NCBI GenBank assembly: GCA_030248215.1 | Contig: JASANG010003752.1 | Coordinates: 248,001-312,000, forward strand | Reading direction: 5' to 3' | Length of the DNA: 64,000 nt | From: Enoplolaimus lenunculus | Lineage: Eukaryota | Part shown: positions 38,801-53,800 of the stretch, piece after piece | How the letters are laid out: each line of letters opens with the position of its first letter | Numbering within the stretch: the first letter of the stretch is position 1 | Made by a program: the position numbers and the translations under genes | Notes under the pieces: generated by a model | The model's database searches: none | Told to the model about the DNA's origin: nothing | What the model saw: the letters and a program-made list of their open reading frames with translations, nothing else

Positions 38801-41800
38801 GTACATCATTATTCTTTTTACTGGTCTTGTTAATAGACCTTAGGCAGAAATTATGCTGACCGACTTTTTTATCCGTTTGAGGATATTTGCAGGCTGGACC
38901 AGCAGTGCGTTATGAATGCCTGACGGCAATGCGTCGCATGATATATCATTCGTCTAGCGATTTACTGCGGGAAGTTCTTAAAAATGTGTCCATTTCTAGG
39001 TAAGTCGGCTACTTTTAAGATTGATTCGCTTTTGTCACCGCCCTCGTGCGCTGGCTCTTGTTTACGCTTGCGGCAGTTTTCAAAGAAATGTGTGTTGTAA
39101 ATAGGGTAGAACGACTTATTTTGATGATTTTTCAAAAAATTCTAGACTGGAATTTTATTCTCACATTATTTTTGCATTAGCAGTGCTTATATGTTACTTG
39201 TAAAGGTGCAATAATCCATCGTTGTAAACTTCCCGCAACTATATACACAGGATTGAAATTTTTCTAAAACAATTATACATGGTGCTGGGACTTAGAAGGG
39301 AATAAGTTGTAAAGCTCAATCAGTTACTATGGCAGTGATATTCTTTATGTGAACCAATATAACCTCACGGTTAAGGGGTATAGTTTAAATTTAAATTATA
39401 ATTGTTGGGGTTCGAATGCAAAGTTAGCACTACAAAATATTGACGTAGGTTCTGCTATAGCCATTCGTGTAGCCAATCAGTAACTGTACTCCAATAAGTC
39501 TGCCAAACAACACCTTGCTACCCGCTGCACTAAGAGTACGACTGCAGTTTCGCCCACAGTATGCTGTACTAAAGATCAATTTTAAAGCCCAGGGAGGTAA
39601 AATTGATCATCTAGCAGGCAAGCTCACAACAATAATAAATATATGCACATGGTGAACGAATTGTTATTAGCGCACGGTGCAACGATTTCTATCGGTTGGA
39701 CCTAAACGTATATAATTTCATATGAAATTACATCACTCCTAGAATATTATTTACGAACACGCGAAAATGATTCCCATACATTCTGCTATATTAACAAAAC
39801 GTCAAAAACTGCAAACGGAGTTGCGGAAAAACTGCTGGACTTTTACTAATACTAAATTTAAATGCTTTCTTCGTCAACTTTGTAACTTTTTCATTCCTGG
39901 TTCTTATCTATCGAGTGGAGTAGCGGTAACCAAAATTTCAGTCAAAATTGCTTGTATATTTCAAAACTGAAATATAATGGTTGTGAAGCAAGCTGTGTTC
40001 TTACCGCACATAGTTATTGCGCAGCAATTATGAGTAGTAAATCTTAACAGAAAAGTTTATATCTGATCCATTTGGCTAGTCCTGGATGGCGTTCCTTGTG
40101 TTACCAAGTGTGTGCGGCATCATATGAGTTACCGTACGGCGCCGGATGGAACCGTAAATCAGTATGTATATATAAATAAAAAAATTTTTGGCTTGGGCGG
40201 AACATTACAACAACGATAGCGTCACGTTTTGCGTTCACGCTAATAAATGATGTATCATTTTAAGTTGTTGTATTGCTAATTCTATCGATTTTACGAAAGT
40301 CAAAAATAAGTAGTTTACATTGTATTGTTTCAGTCATATCGCTAATATGCTTAATTCGAACGATTTGAAAATTAAAGTTGGAGCGCTGCAGCTTGTTAGC
40401 ATTATGCTCGAAAAAATGCCTGACTTTTTCGCTGTTCATTTCCGTCGTGAAGGTTAGAATGATCTGACGTTAGTCTAGAAATGCTGAAAAATTTTAAGTT
40501 TAATATGGCCTATTGTTGTTGCTGTTGTTGTTGTTGTTGTTGTTGTTGTTTGCATTTTGAAGAAGAATGGGTTTTACTGAAAAGCAGTTTGTTTAAATTT
40601 GTAACTTTCGTTTTTCCAATTGCTGAGTTGTTGATCATATTGAACAACGACAACCAACGATTTATTGAAAACGGCCAAATGCTGGCGGTTTTGTTTCCAT
40701 TTTTTTTGTCGTGGAAATTTCATTTTATCACAATTTATATTGCACAATGCACATAATAATGTATGAGCAGTACAATATAAACTTATTGTTTTTGTGTAAA
40801 TTCGAGAGATCTGCCATTTTGTCGATCTACTATGCATTTTTGACATGTCCGCTTATAATATTCGCACGGAAAACAGTAAATAGGTGCACACGCATAGTTT
40901 GACTGGGAACATAATTATAATAATTATTGATTGTATAACAGTAGTGTCGGTTGTAGAAAAAATATTTTTTACCAAAAATCGAAATTACTCAAAATATGGT
41001 ATACCTACTACTATCTAGGCCAGTATTCTCAAGTATGTGTAGCACTTATCACCATTTAGCACTGGACTTTCAAATTGACGTTTCCTGCCATTATTGGCAG
41101 ATATCAAATCAATGTAAATGGAACGCAGAAATGTTCGGAAGTTCTAAGCGTATCATTTGTGATTCGAAAGCTACCAGTCCTATCACAAATGGTTATAGAT
41201 GTTACACCCAGGGATCGACCGGATATTAATTTTACCGGTTACTGAACCGGAGCCGGATAGCGAATTTTGTACCGGAACCGGAGCCGAATGTTAACCGGAT
41301 ATATGATCTAAATTTGCATTATTTTTTGGTTTGGATTTTTCGTTCCATGTCAGTGTCCATTCATTAATTGCTACGAATTGCAGTCACTTCAAAATAATTT
41401 TGACGTGTAAATAACAGTTTTATGATAAATTTATTAACCACAACGGCAAATATCCGGTATTCTTTAGGTTTATGCCGGATACGGATGTCGGATTTTGCCG
41501 GATATTGCCGAAACCGCATATCCGGTCGATCCCTGGTTACACTCATTCTACAGTTATAGCAGCAGTTAAAATTTAAAGTAAATCATACGCAAGATGGCAA
41601 TAGTTTTCATCCTTTGCTTCACAGGTGTCGTTCATCAAATTGAAAAGCTAATCGCCGATCCAGTTGCTAATAGTATGACTTCAATGGTCGCTACAGCGGC
41701 AGCAGCAGCAACAACAACAACAACAACAGCAACAACAAAAACAACGAAATGTGATTCGCTAACGCTTGTCTGTTCGAGTGCTATTGGCGTTTCCACAACT

Positions 41801-44800
41801 ACAATGTTGCCTAAATCTGGTGATAATCCGTCACAAACGAGCAAGGATGACTCCAACACAGCGCAACAGTATTCAGAAACAACAGCAAGAACAATTGTTC
41901 CGCCTGGGTTAAGATGGGACCAAATACCACTGGTTGCAGCTGGAATTTCTACTTGTACGACAACTTCAACTACAAAGGATGCAAACTTATTTGTACCGAA
42001 CACTTTGTCGTATAGCGGTATCAGGAGTTGTACCGGTAGTAGTTCTCAAACAGTTAGTACTAGTCTTAGCGGCGCAGGTTTTCAAGAAAGTGAGGCGCAT
42101 CAAACGTTGAGGATGCAACAACCACAGCAGCGAATGGCTCCAGCCCTGGTTAGTCCACAGATATTAGGTCACCCTTCAGCGGCGGCTGCGTTACAGTTTG
42201 CTATTCCTAACGTTCCTCACAGGGTTCTGTTTAGTTTAGGACGACCCTCGCCTAGTGTAGATGGGGCAGGAGTACAACAGGTTACCTCGAATGGCTGGAA
42301 GATACAAACTAGTAGTAGCAGTAGTAATACAGCTGGTGAACTTGTGACTTCGAGGAGCAACATGAGTTCGCTTACAACGCCATCTACAGCAATGATGGAT
42401 GCAAACAGTATGCCTGGTGTGAAGACTGGTTTTGGAGAAAGTAATAATGTATCAATTCTCAAAAGTGTGGGTTCGGCAGTTGCCAAGGGAGCTCCTACAA
42501 CGACCGTAGCGAATAAAGGTGGAGAAGCAAACAGTTACAATAGCGCACGGGATGGATATATTGTGCCTAGCGACAGTGGTGTTAGTGATATAGCAATGGC
42601 TGCAGCGGCAGCTGCTGCAACGCTTAGTTCACCTGAGCAAACAGCAGCAATGCTATTCTCGCCGTTAAAGTTTCCAATTAATATAGTCCAAACACAAAAC
42701 CTGCCGAATAAAACTAACGACGGATTAGCAAATGATTTGAGCGGCAACATGAAACATAGCGACAAAGTGACAGGTGTTCAGTTTAGTAGTAGCAGCTTTG
42801 CTGGTCTGCAAACCAATATGTCTGTAGGGAAGATTGAGTCGCGTGGGGTGCATGACGCAACATATTCCGAAGGCGTAGCAGGGTCAGATATGTTGACGAG
42901 TCAACAGAAATCGTCGATCGTAGTCTCTGCTGCAAATGGAAATAGTTCTTTGCTACCCACGGCGGCGCCTGGGACGAATATAGTTGATACCATGAATTCA
43001 GTTGCTGCTCAACTTGGAACTGCTGGGCATAACATCCCGGTACATGCGCAACCGAATCAGTTTGCACTTAGCTCAACAGGCTCTATTGTTCCGGCATCGC
43101 CGGAAAATATTGGTTCGTTTGATGCAGTGGCAGCTGCTGCAGCAGTTTCAATGCTGTACGGGTTTTTACAACAGCCACCATTACCACCAGGTTCTGCGTC
43201 GCAAGTTATGGGAACAACAGACCAGTCTATGTTGAACACAGGTTCACAACAGACGGTAGAGCCCATGCCGCAAGGACAATCCAGAGATGAAAGGCAGAAC
43301 ACAAGTGAAGAGAGATCGCGAAAGTCAGATACAGCTACAAGTTCATGGGGCAGTTTTGAAACGTTTGAGACTCAACAAGCGGTAACCGGAGCCGGTGGCG
43401 GCAGACGGAAACGGCCATCCGGCCGGTATGGAAATGGTAAAGCAAATCCGGTGGTGACGGAATACGCAACAAAACAAGCGGAAGCCAAATATTCTGAGCA
43501 GAAATCACAACCAAGCCGTGCAACGCAACAAATGCCAAGCTCCTCTGTTGTGCAGGGATTTCCACATTTTTTGTTTCTGCCACCACCAGGGTTAGCAGCT
43601 GTAACTCCTGCACAGAATCTGTCCCAAGCTGAATCAGGTGATCAGACAAAACGAAATGTCACTGCTAGCAAGGGTGAGGAAAATGAAGCTAGAGTGAACG
43701 CCCAGAGTGCTTATAACACAGCTAATGCATCAAGTATGTCACAGCCTGGACTAGAACCAACTGCAGCTTCGCTTACTCCAGACCAATGGGCAAGTATTAT
43801 CGCACGTTTAATGAACCCTCCAGGTGCTATTTCGAATAATACAGCTATGGTGGCGAATACACTAGAAAAAATAACAACACAAGGGTTTCCGAAGGCAGAA
43901 CAAGCGTCTGCTGCCGCCACACAGGGCGTGATTCAACTTGAACCAATTTTGGGTTCACTTATTAGGCCTGATAGGCCAGCAGATTTGAGATCACTGTCTT
44001 CAACGAAAACAACAGAGTCGGTAAACGTAGGTTCGAGTTCTCAAGCACATTTGTCCAGTTTAGTGTCAACAAATAAAGTATCTTTAGCTGTTACCACTGC
44101 TACCAACACGTATCCGTACAGCTTATATCAGCCAAATGTAGTATCAAAAATTATGACATCGGGTGGCAGCACACAGTCTCCAGGTCAAATTTTAGATGTT
44201 TTCTCGCACGCAGCAGCTTATTCGGCTCTGTATGGAAGCCTACGATCGAATTCAAGTGCTACGTTTGCTTCCTCGCTTATTCAACAAGATCAGATCCGGT
44301 CAGGCATGAGTAACCAACAACTAATTAATTTTTATGGAGTTAGCAGTGATGGTACAGCAGGTGTGTCAGCGGCTAATGTAGCACCTGTGGTAAATTCACA
44401 GCGAATTTGCGGACCAAAAAGTAGCACAATTTCAAGTACGACTGGCGTTGTTGGTGCTGAATTTAGCAGTAGCGGAAGTAGCAGTACAACTGATTTAATG
44501 CTACTTGGTGACCCTAATAGTATGGTAGGTGTGGCGCCATTGGCTAGAAATGATTCTTGCGATGATGAAATGATGGTAGAAGATAAGAAAATAGACGAAA
44601 AATCAGTGGTCGTGAACTCGGAGGCGAGCTTGGTGAAAACAACGCAGTCCGGTGGACAGGGCGCAATATCTAGGGCCGCAATGCACCCCGCTGGAGATGA
44701 GCAAACACCGCGAATGTGGACCCGCAGGCGGTCAGCAGAAGCTCAACAGTATCAGAAACAACAACAACAAAGGAAATATCCAGCATTGGTGGATCATAAT

Positions 44801-47800
44801 ACAGCATTAAGTAAGGAATCAAGTTGCTCTGTCGACAAAGGAAGTCTTGATGGGAAAACTGGTAAGACAATGGAGGAAAACATGAGAGAGAAACAAACGC
44901 ATAGTTCTGGGGCTGAGCAGCGGTTACGTCGTCACGGTGCTGTTACCAGCCATCGGAATACGGTAGCTAATATTGCAGATAGTCGAAGGGTTTCGAGTCC
45001 TATGGCAAATTCGCGAACGCTTGGAATTGATGATCGATGTTATAGAAGTGGCATCGGCACTGATTTGACGCCTAGTCTAACTGGTACCGTTAGCGAATGC
45101 ACCGTGAGCGACGGAATTCCGCAACAACCTCAAGATTCAATATTTTTACCAGGGCAGATTGAAATGATTGATGCTGAACAGTCGGATAACAATGGACAAT
45201 TGGAAATTCCGCGTCAACTTTTGAATGAGATTGCCGAGTCATCTTGTAAGGGTTGGAGCTATAGTGTTGCTTCTACCAGTACGGTTGGGTTGGCAGTAAC
45301 TTCTGGAAACATTGGCGAAACGATGGTGGAATCTGTTAACCAGCAGCCTGTTACGTGTAGTTCGGGTCAGGCTAAAACGATGACTGGCGGTAGTAAGACT
45401 GCTACAGCTGGTTCAACGATGGCTGGTCATTTTGGTAGCGATTATTCTCATGCGAAAACGGCCGCAGCATCGAGTGGTAGCCGTACAGGTACGTTACTAC
45501 ACAGTGTATATGTTGTGAACTTATTTGCCCTAGTTGGCAACTGGGACGTACCAAACCACGCTTGCTGTTTGGTGCAGCCCAAACAAGTACTGGAATGCAA
45601 AATGATTTTGATTGGTTGTTCAGGTTTGACTATGTTTGAGAAAACTGACTTACATTGTAATTATTTGCCTTCACCACGTTTGCAAACTATAAGTTAAACG
45701 TTTGGCTAATCAAAACAACAGAAATAAAAAGCATTATCCACGTAACGCTGTATTCGATCAACATCACAGCGCGCGCTCACACAGATTGGATTGTAAACAA
45801 ATAACATTGTTTACTTTATTGTTTCAATCACATGCAGTTTGCATTCCAGTACTTGTTTGGGCTGCCCCGAACAGCAATTGTCCTTTTCGGACGTACCAGT
45901 TGACAACTATGATAAATACCTGTTTGGGACGCGACATATGTCCTCGATTACCCGCTGGTCTCAGTGTTATTTTGTATATTTTGGTTAGTTTGCAAACGGA
46001 ATCGAGCGTAGGTCTCTCAGATACGTAACAAACGTATACTGTTTTTAATTTAAGGGAATTCTCCGTACTTATTTAAATCTTAAGCTATAAAACTAACGAA
46101 TTAACTCATTCTTACCGCCGACGGTTAATGTTTTTTCCAATTTTTTCGATAGTTCACTATTCGACGACAACGAATCTGTTCTGTTCTTCTGTATCCCCTG
46201 CCATGTAAAATATACGTAAAATGCAGGTTAGAAACAGTTTCTGGTAAAATTGGCAAATGTATTTCCATAACGCCGCGAAATATAAGTACATATACTACTG
46301 TCAGAAAATTTAGATCATTACACACTGGCAATAATCTGTCGTTTTTTTAAAACTTTTGCATATAAATCGTGCTCGAACAGCTGTATTTAATTTAAATAAG
46401 TATATTCATCAGCCAAATCATAAATGAAGGTGCTCGGTAGTAATATACGTATAGTGCATACGACATGGTAATATAATGTATCTATACGTATGTAATTTGC
46501 ACACTATATTTGCCATCTTCTTCGCATTGGCCGGGTTTCTGAAATCTTCTAAGTATTTACTTTGAGTTTGACTTATGTACGTAGTGAAACCTCTGACCTA
46601 AGTACTCTTAACTTTTAATATAAACAAATAAATGTCGATTTTGTTCCAATGCGAGACGAATGAAAGGATGTATATTTTTGCTTAAACCAGTATATAATAT
46701 TAATTGCCCGAGGTTGGTTAGAAGTGTTAGCCTGTATTCGTATACCAAATTAAATACGTTCAGTAACTATAGTATTTGCTTAACATACGTAAGTAAACCC
46801 AGCAAATATCTGTCTACCTATCTTGATATATTTTTGTTTTAAGCAAAACCTCGCAGTAAAATTGCACGAAATTGTGATGAATCGCGGGCAGGTGGTGGCG
46901 TAGTAGTTTCTGCGACGCCTACGACTTCAACCAATACCAGCACTGCTTTTCTGCAAAAGACAACAGCTTCTACGCCGTCATCACGATTTTTCCATTCGCT
47001 ACAGATTCCACGCTGGGTTAAAGGTAACAGCAACAATTCTTCGAGCAGCCCTGGTTCCGGTTCAAGCTCATCTGCCGGTAATTCGGCTGCAATAACAAAT
47101 TTTTCAAAACGTCGAAACCAACAAGATGACAGTTGTGGTTATAGTAGTGGAATTAACGCGTCGGGTGGGTTTGAACAACAACGACAACAGCATAATTCGT
47201 TTGCTAATATGTTTTGCCACATGGGTGGAAATAGTGGGTCGCGTGGGAATTTTCGCTCATCGACTCAAAGTGGTCGAGCCGTTGTGAGTACCGCGTCTGC
47301 GATTCCAACTGCTACTGCGAATGGATATGCTGGCTTTGCGTCAGGGATTCCGTTTCTTCATCCTGCTTTGGTGAATTCTGCTACAGGAGGGGGCAACATT
47401 GCGAGTGGAAATAATGCAGGAGCAGCTGTTTTGTTGCCAATATTTGCACCTCCGGCAGCAATGTTGAATACCGCCGTGGACGCCGCTGGCAACAGTTCAT
47501 CCCAACCTCATTCAACACCGGTTGTACTTCAAGGCAGACCCCCAACAATTGACGGATTCGATCCGCAGACGTCTGTGATAACTGCACCCCAGGGTGGCGT
47601 TCTCATACCGCCACCGTCTGGGGGACCGCCGATGGCGCCCCCGCCACCTGGCAGATTTTTCGCTGCCGGAATTCCTATGCAATCGGCATTTGGCTCTACT
47701 ACGCCTTCAATGAGGACAGGAGCGCCTAATAGTGGCAGTAGCAGTGCCTCTGCACACGCTACATACACTATGGAACGGTTTTTGTCGCTGGTAGGTTACG

Positions 47801-50800
47801 TACCGCAATGATTGTGTTGTAACTATAAGTAGTCTTTTATGAACCATAAGACATCGCATTTAACTGGAGGGGAGAGACGTTGAGTTCCTGTTACACCAGT
47901 GAGTTACCCTGACCAGCTATGTATTTACCGGACTGGATGCAACCGGATTTCCGATTCAAAACGAGTTCCGAGACTCGGAGTTTTGATATTTTAATTTTAG
48001 GCATAATTGTTGTGATATGTTGTATAAAAATTCTGCATCATTTATCTATAAAATTGTTCTCGATTAGTTAACTTCTGGCGGTTCGCTCCGGGGGATGGGG
48101 GTGTGGGCCCCACCTCCCGAAAGCCACACCCACTTAAGATTTTTCCCCGGTTCAGCCCCCTACCAACTCAAGATTTCACCTCAGGTTAATACGGCCATAT
48201 TTCTTGTATATTTGATCTGTGTTTATTATTTATATGGTTGTTTTTGAGTATGTGCTTAGTTGCAGGCCTAACTAAACACTGGTTAGTGCAACTGATGCTC
48301 TATTGAAAATTCTACATTCCTCACCTCAGAAATTCCCCCCTCCCGGTTGCGAACCGGGGCCTCCGGTTGATGCATTCCTATAGTCGCAAACTTTGTAGTT
48401 CTGATTCCGGTATATTCCAGTTCCGCTGTAAACCCAGTTACTGGAGCTGTCATGTTCACCGTAAACGGAACTGGATGGTTCCCGGTTTTAAGTGTTTGGT
48501 TGGCCCAAAAGTAAGTTTATTGAATTAAGATTGGATGTTCGCTTTAAAATATTGTTTCATTTGTGTCTGCAATTCATTACATGAATATTATTTTATAACA
48601 CTTGTGTACAAATATATTTCATCCAGTATCTATTATTTATTTAAGCCAACCGGGTATTTACAGTCTCATATGCAGTCGCCGGCAGAAATTGCACAAAATA
48701 AACAACGTATTCGTGAATGGGTTCGCGATCAAGCGATCGCTTTGAATACGAAATATTTTACCACATCTGGAACACCGGAGCAAGGATATGGCGGTTTGAC
48801 AAAGAAAAAGAATTCTCGGGGCAACGCCGCATTAGAAGGAAGTCAACAGCTCACTGGGGAGAACAGTAATGAAACCGAATGTGCAACTCTGAATGAGCTT
48901 GACCGTGATCAAGACAATCTTAATGTGCTAGAACGGTTGAAAGAGATTGTGTCGCGGTTTGACGCGTTGTGTTATGTGCCTGACGATGTAAGTCTATATA
49001 TTTATAGTCTACCATGGTTATCATAAAAAGATATTAGAGTTAGTAATGTATATTCTACAGTATAGCTTACGCTGACTGCCGTTAATTTTAAGCTGTGATT
49101 TATTGGCTGGGGCTCTGAAATCGTACTTCAGTATTTACTTAAGTTGTGCTTAAGTGATTACGTAAGTCGTCGAATAAGTAATAAATACTTCGCTTTTTGA
49201 ACAAAACAAATAAAGACCAAATTTGAACCAGTGTCTTAACAAGGAAGCATTAATTTTGCTTTTTACTCACATGTACGATTCACCTGCAATATCAGTTAGG
49301 CCAAGGTGAAAACGCCTGAACTGATAGTCTGTAACAGATCAAATTTACTCGGTGACTCAAGTATTGACTTAACATAAGTACGCTGTTAGAAACGGTAAAT
49401 TGCCTAAGTAAATGTTTAGCACATAGTTAAGTATGAAGTCGTACTTAAGTAGGGTTTCAGAAACTCAGCGACTGTCTTAAACTGTTTAGATTGACGTCAG
49501 TCGAACTGAGGCTCGAAGAACACTGTGTGATTTGGTTGGTTTGCTAACAACAAGTGATGCGAGTCCGTTTGAAATAATTCACAGCGGGTTAATGCAAGCA
49601 CTATATGCGTATTTGACCGATGTTAGCAAAACAATGCGGCATGAAGGATGTATATCCGATATAGATGGCCCGATTCAAGCTACGACAAAATCATCAGCAA
49701 CGACAACTCGGCCGTGCACCAAAGAGTCTTCTGCAACGTCTGGGGTGACGAATTCTGTCGCGTTGTCGCATACGCCGCCGCCTAATGCTGTGTCGATCTG
49801 CAGCGGGTCGAAACCGTCTGGGACTGCTGAGTCACAAAAATCGCGAGGTAACTTTTCGGTTGGCAGTATGTCTAGTTCTACGAACACGAAACAAGAACAA
49901 CCTGGAGAAAATGATACTTGCCGTCGTGGATTCTCGGTAACTAGCTTTTCCTATGAAGGTGGTTCGAGTCGGAAGTGGCGCACGGAACGTCTCGTACTGT
50001 TTTGTGATGTATTTCTTGGTATCAAGGTAAGCGATGTTCAGGCTGTGTTCTGCGATTGTTTTTTTAAGGACGTTAACAAATGCTGTATGGTTATGAACAT
50101 ATTATTTTTCTAGTTGCGTGACAATATAAGTTTATTTTTCAATATCTGTTACTATTGGAAATTCTTTAACTATGTCACACCATGCCAGAATTTCTCTTCC
50201 AGTAGTAATATTTGTAACAGTTCAATCCCTGTTTCTGTTCCGGCTTTGCAAAACAGGAACGGGGATTTTTTACTGGTTTAATTTTGTTATTAAATTGCTT
50301 ACGAAAATATGATGCTTGGTTTTGCAACAAATGAAACCCCAACGTGGTAAAACCACAAAACGTTTGTTTTGTTTGTGATTCTTTCCAAGTGACTTTAGCT
50401 AACGTCAAATTATTTAAGTGTTAGGTTAAATTCCATTCTACGAGAATACGACATAATATTAAGGTGCAGTTGTAACGTTTTAGCGAGATGACAACTTCCA
50501 GTGGATTTTTGAAAAAACTGACAATAAACCAATGCTTAGCGTTTTGGTTGCGAAACTAAATGCGTGTCTGACGCAAATTGAACAGGTAACGTTGTATCAA
50601 TAGTATCACGGAAGTTTGCGGTTTTTATGTGGCGGAAATTTTATGTTTTCGCTGAGTTAAAAATAGAGGCGTGACAATAATTTTTGCTAAGCTTGTAATA
50701 TAACTGCTGTTTATTAAAGCAGCTTCCAACTACGAATGTGCCGATACCAAAATTTAGGACGATACCGAAGCCGATTCAAACTTTAGTACGCCACGCTTAG

Positions 50801-53800
50801 TATACAGATGGGATACTACATTACGTACGTCATTATGCCAAGACATAAACCCTAGGTAGTTTTAAAACTTCATTTGTTAGTTTTAAAACAACTTCATTTG
50901 TTGACACTGAGCAGTGAATGGCCGGTATTCGGTTCCGATTCAATATCCGGTTAAACCCGACATCCAGCTGCTCGTTTTCCTATTTCAACAACAAGATAGC
51001 CGTATATGTACGGTTGTACCTTCGACTATTTTCAGTCAGGCAATGAGCTTGAAGCTTTTCGAACTGAAATAACTGGGAAAACTCCAGACTAACAAGCAAT
51101 TTTAATTAAAAAAATCTTTTTGTTTTGCTCTCAGGTGTTGAGCAGTGGCAAATACTTGTGCTTTGTGATTGTTGTTGTTTTAGTTTCCGTTGACAGTTCA
51201 CGATTTTCCTGCTGACGCTACTGGAAGTATGCGCGGACTGTTTGCGTTGAGATTTTTGCAAACACACCAACTTAAGGTATCCTTGGGGTAGGCTTGATAT
51301 AATGAGTACATGGATTTCAGTTAATATATTGACAGTGAGATGTTTTGCGGCTTTAACTCAAGTTAAGTTTATTTAGTTTTGATATTTAGTTTAAAAAGTA
51401 ACGGTTCCAGAATCCGTTACTAATTTTAAGCTTTTAGTCGGTCAGGCCGTTATTGTAAAGTTGACAAAATTTCCGACCTGTATACTTTAGTTTCTTTGGA
51501 CTTGTGCCAAACAAGACTTATGATTAAGATATCAGGTTAAAAGTTGCTTCTCTGCAATCCAAGCCTTATTGTTTAATATTTGAGTGCATATTTCGACGCC
51601 ATCCGTTGTGTACCAATGTGCGACCGTGGAAACGAGGTCCAGTTAAAATTGACCCACTTGCCCTGATTTCATCAGTAGAACGATATATGGTTTTGCGTGG
51701 TTATGGTCATGTTATTCAAGTAAGCATATGGTTCAGTTGTATTTGGGATCAGCTTATTTATTTGTCATTCTCGGCGTGTTAAGAGTAAACTTGTATTCGA
51801 GAATCGGTGGCTTGAACTGAAAAACTACACTACAATCATTTAAGATCATTTATATTCAGATTACGTATACACCTGTCATCTAGTACCGTATTTCAAATGT
51901 ATATAACACATATCACAAGTTATTAGTAAGTTTTCAAACAAGCGGACTACTGCAAACACAAAAGCATTATATATCTCGAGTTGTTTTAGATTATAATTAG
52001 TATTTTATGCCTTACTGTGTATAGCAGACTTGTTTGTATTTGTGATCGGCTGTGTGTGATTGCGTCTTAGTTGCATTCCTGGCCGTCGCTTGTTTTAGAC
52101 AAAGTATTATTTTAGAAAATATATGTAGTTATGATTTTTGTTGATTTTAGGGTAATGAAGATGAAACAACGGATGATGATGGTTCGGATGACGACATTGA
52201 CGAATGTTTGGTATGTGACTTTGATTCTAGGACCGTATTCTCAAACGAGTATATTATCTATGTGTATCGTTTTCCAATTAACGAACTCTTGCAATTGCGA
52301 AACTAAAAATAGGCGCAGAAGTAGCAAGATGGAAACACCAAATATGCGCTGGGTTTCCAACCTCGACATACACTGGTTCGAAAACTACTAAATGTATTTA
52401 CAACTGAAGATAGGTGCTACACATATTTGAGAATACCGGCCCTTAGAATCAGTTAGCCACCAAATTGAATTAATTTTTTGTTAAACCTAACGACGTTAAA
52501 CGGTGGAAGTCAGATTTTATTGTTATTGAAATAGGGAGGATCCAGACCTAGCTGGTTTAAAATAAGGAATATCTGCCTTAAAAGGGTAAATTTTAAATGC
52601 TTTTAATTTTGATTAGATTTACACAGTTTTCGTATAATATTTTGTAGAATAATTCAAAGGCGTCGCCTGCATCACCGCGTGTTCAGTTATTGATCAATGA
52701 TAATCCTCTTCCATGCAACGCTACAATATATCAATGTATACGGCAGTATGGCATAGCACGAAATCATCATCATCATCAACAACAACAACACAATTATGCA
52801 TCAGAATCTTTAGATTCTGGCACAACGACAGCTGTAGGACATCATGTTCATTCGAATGATACAGATACAGACTCCGAAATGAGCTCAGCGCAGTATACGG
52901 TGCTTTGGACCAGTACCCATACGATACAGTTAGTTTTTGTGTAGTATTTCATTGAGTAGTTTTTTGTGTAGTCTTTCATTGAGTAGTTATTTTGTGTAAT
53001 CTTTCATTGAGTAGTTTTTTGTGTGGTCTTTCATTGAGTAGTTTTTGTGTAGTATTTCATTGAGTAGTTTTTTGTGTAGTCTTTCATTGAGTAGTTTTTT
53101 GTGTAGTCGTTCATTGAGTAGTTTTCTGATATCGCTAGTGTCTGCAAAACGTGTTGAGCTTCGAAAAGTTTAATTCAGTGGCTTAATCGCAAGGTTTCAT
53201 CATTAACTACATTTAGCAGGAAGCGAGAGTCGTGTGGTGTAGTCTTAACTATGGTGATAGGTGTAGCACACAGTTGGGAATACGAATTGTTTATTTTCAA
53301 ATGTGTATTAGCATATTATGTAGGCCAGTTCAAATGCTGAATTCCAGGAAAATTTTTTTCAATGATTTAAAAGATGCAAAACCCGTCACCAACTGGCGGT
53401 CGGTGTTCTGGGCCACTATTCTCGAACATGTATAGCGCCTATAACCACTTAATGACAAGTTTCGAAACTGACCAGCTTCCCTAATTGCAGATCCGATCGC
53501 TAAATTGCTACAGAAGTAGCATCATTAATCGAATGCGAAAAATTCGTTTGGGTTCTAACCTCGTGATTTACTGGTTGGAAAACTACAAGACCCATCACCA
53601 ATATGTAATCGATGCTACACATATATAAGAATGCGGGCCTTACTTTAAATACCGTTTTTGCATCTATAAATTTGACTAGAAATTTCTTATTTTATTTTAA
53701 ATCATTGTTAAACGTTTTGATTGTTTTAATTTGTTCCTATTCCAGCATTGTATTTGTGTTTTAGTTACCGCGTGATTCCGAGTTCTTCATCGACAACTGG

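Noticed and set aside
41594..45697. 1,367-aa ORF as a stand-alone gene
   Set aside because: Its start continues the TRIP12 FRREGV motif across a phase-matched intron, and its last 70 codons run into an intronic MITE.
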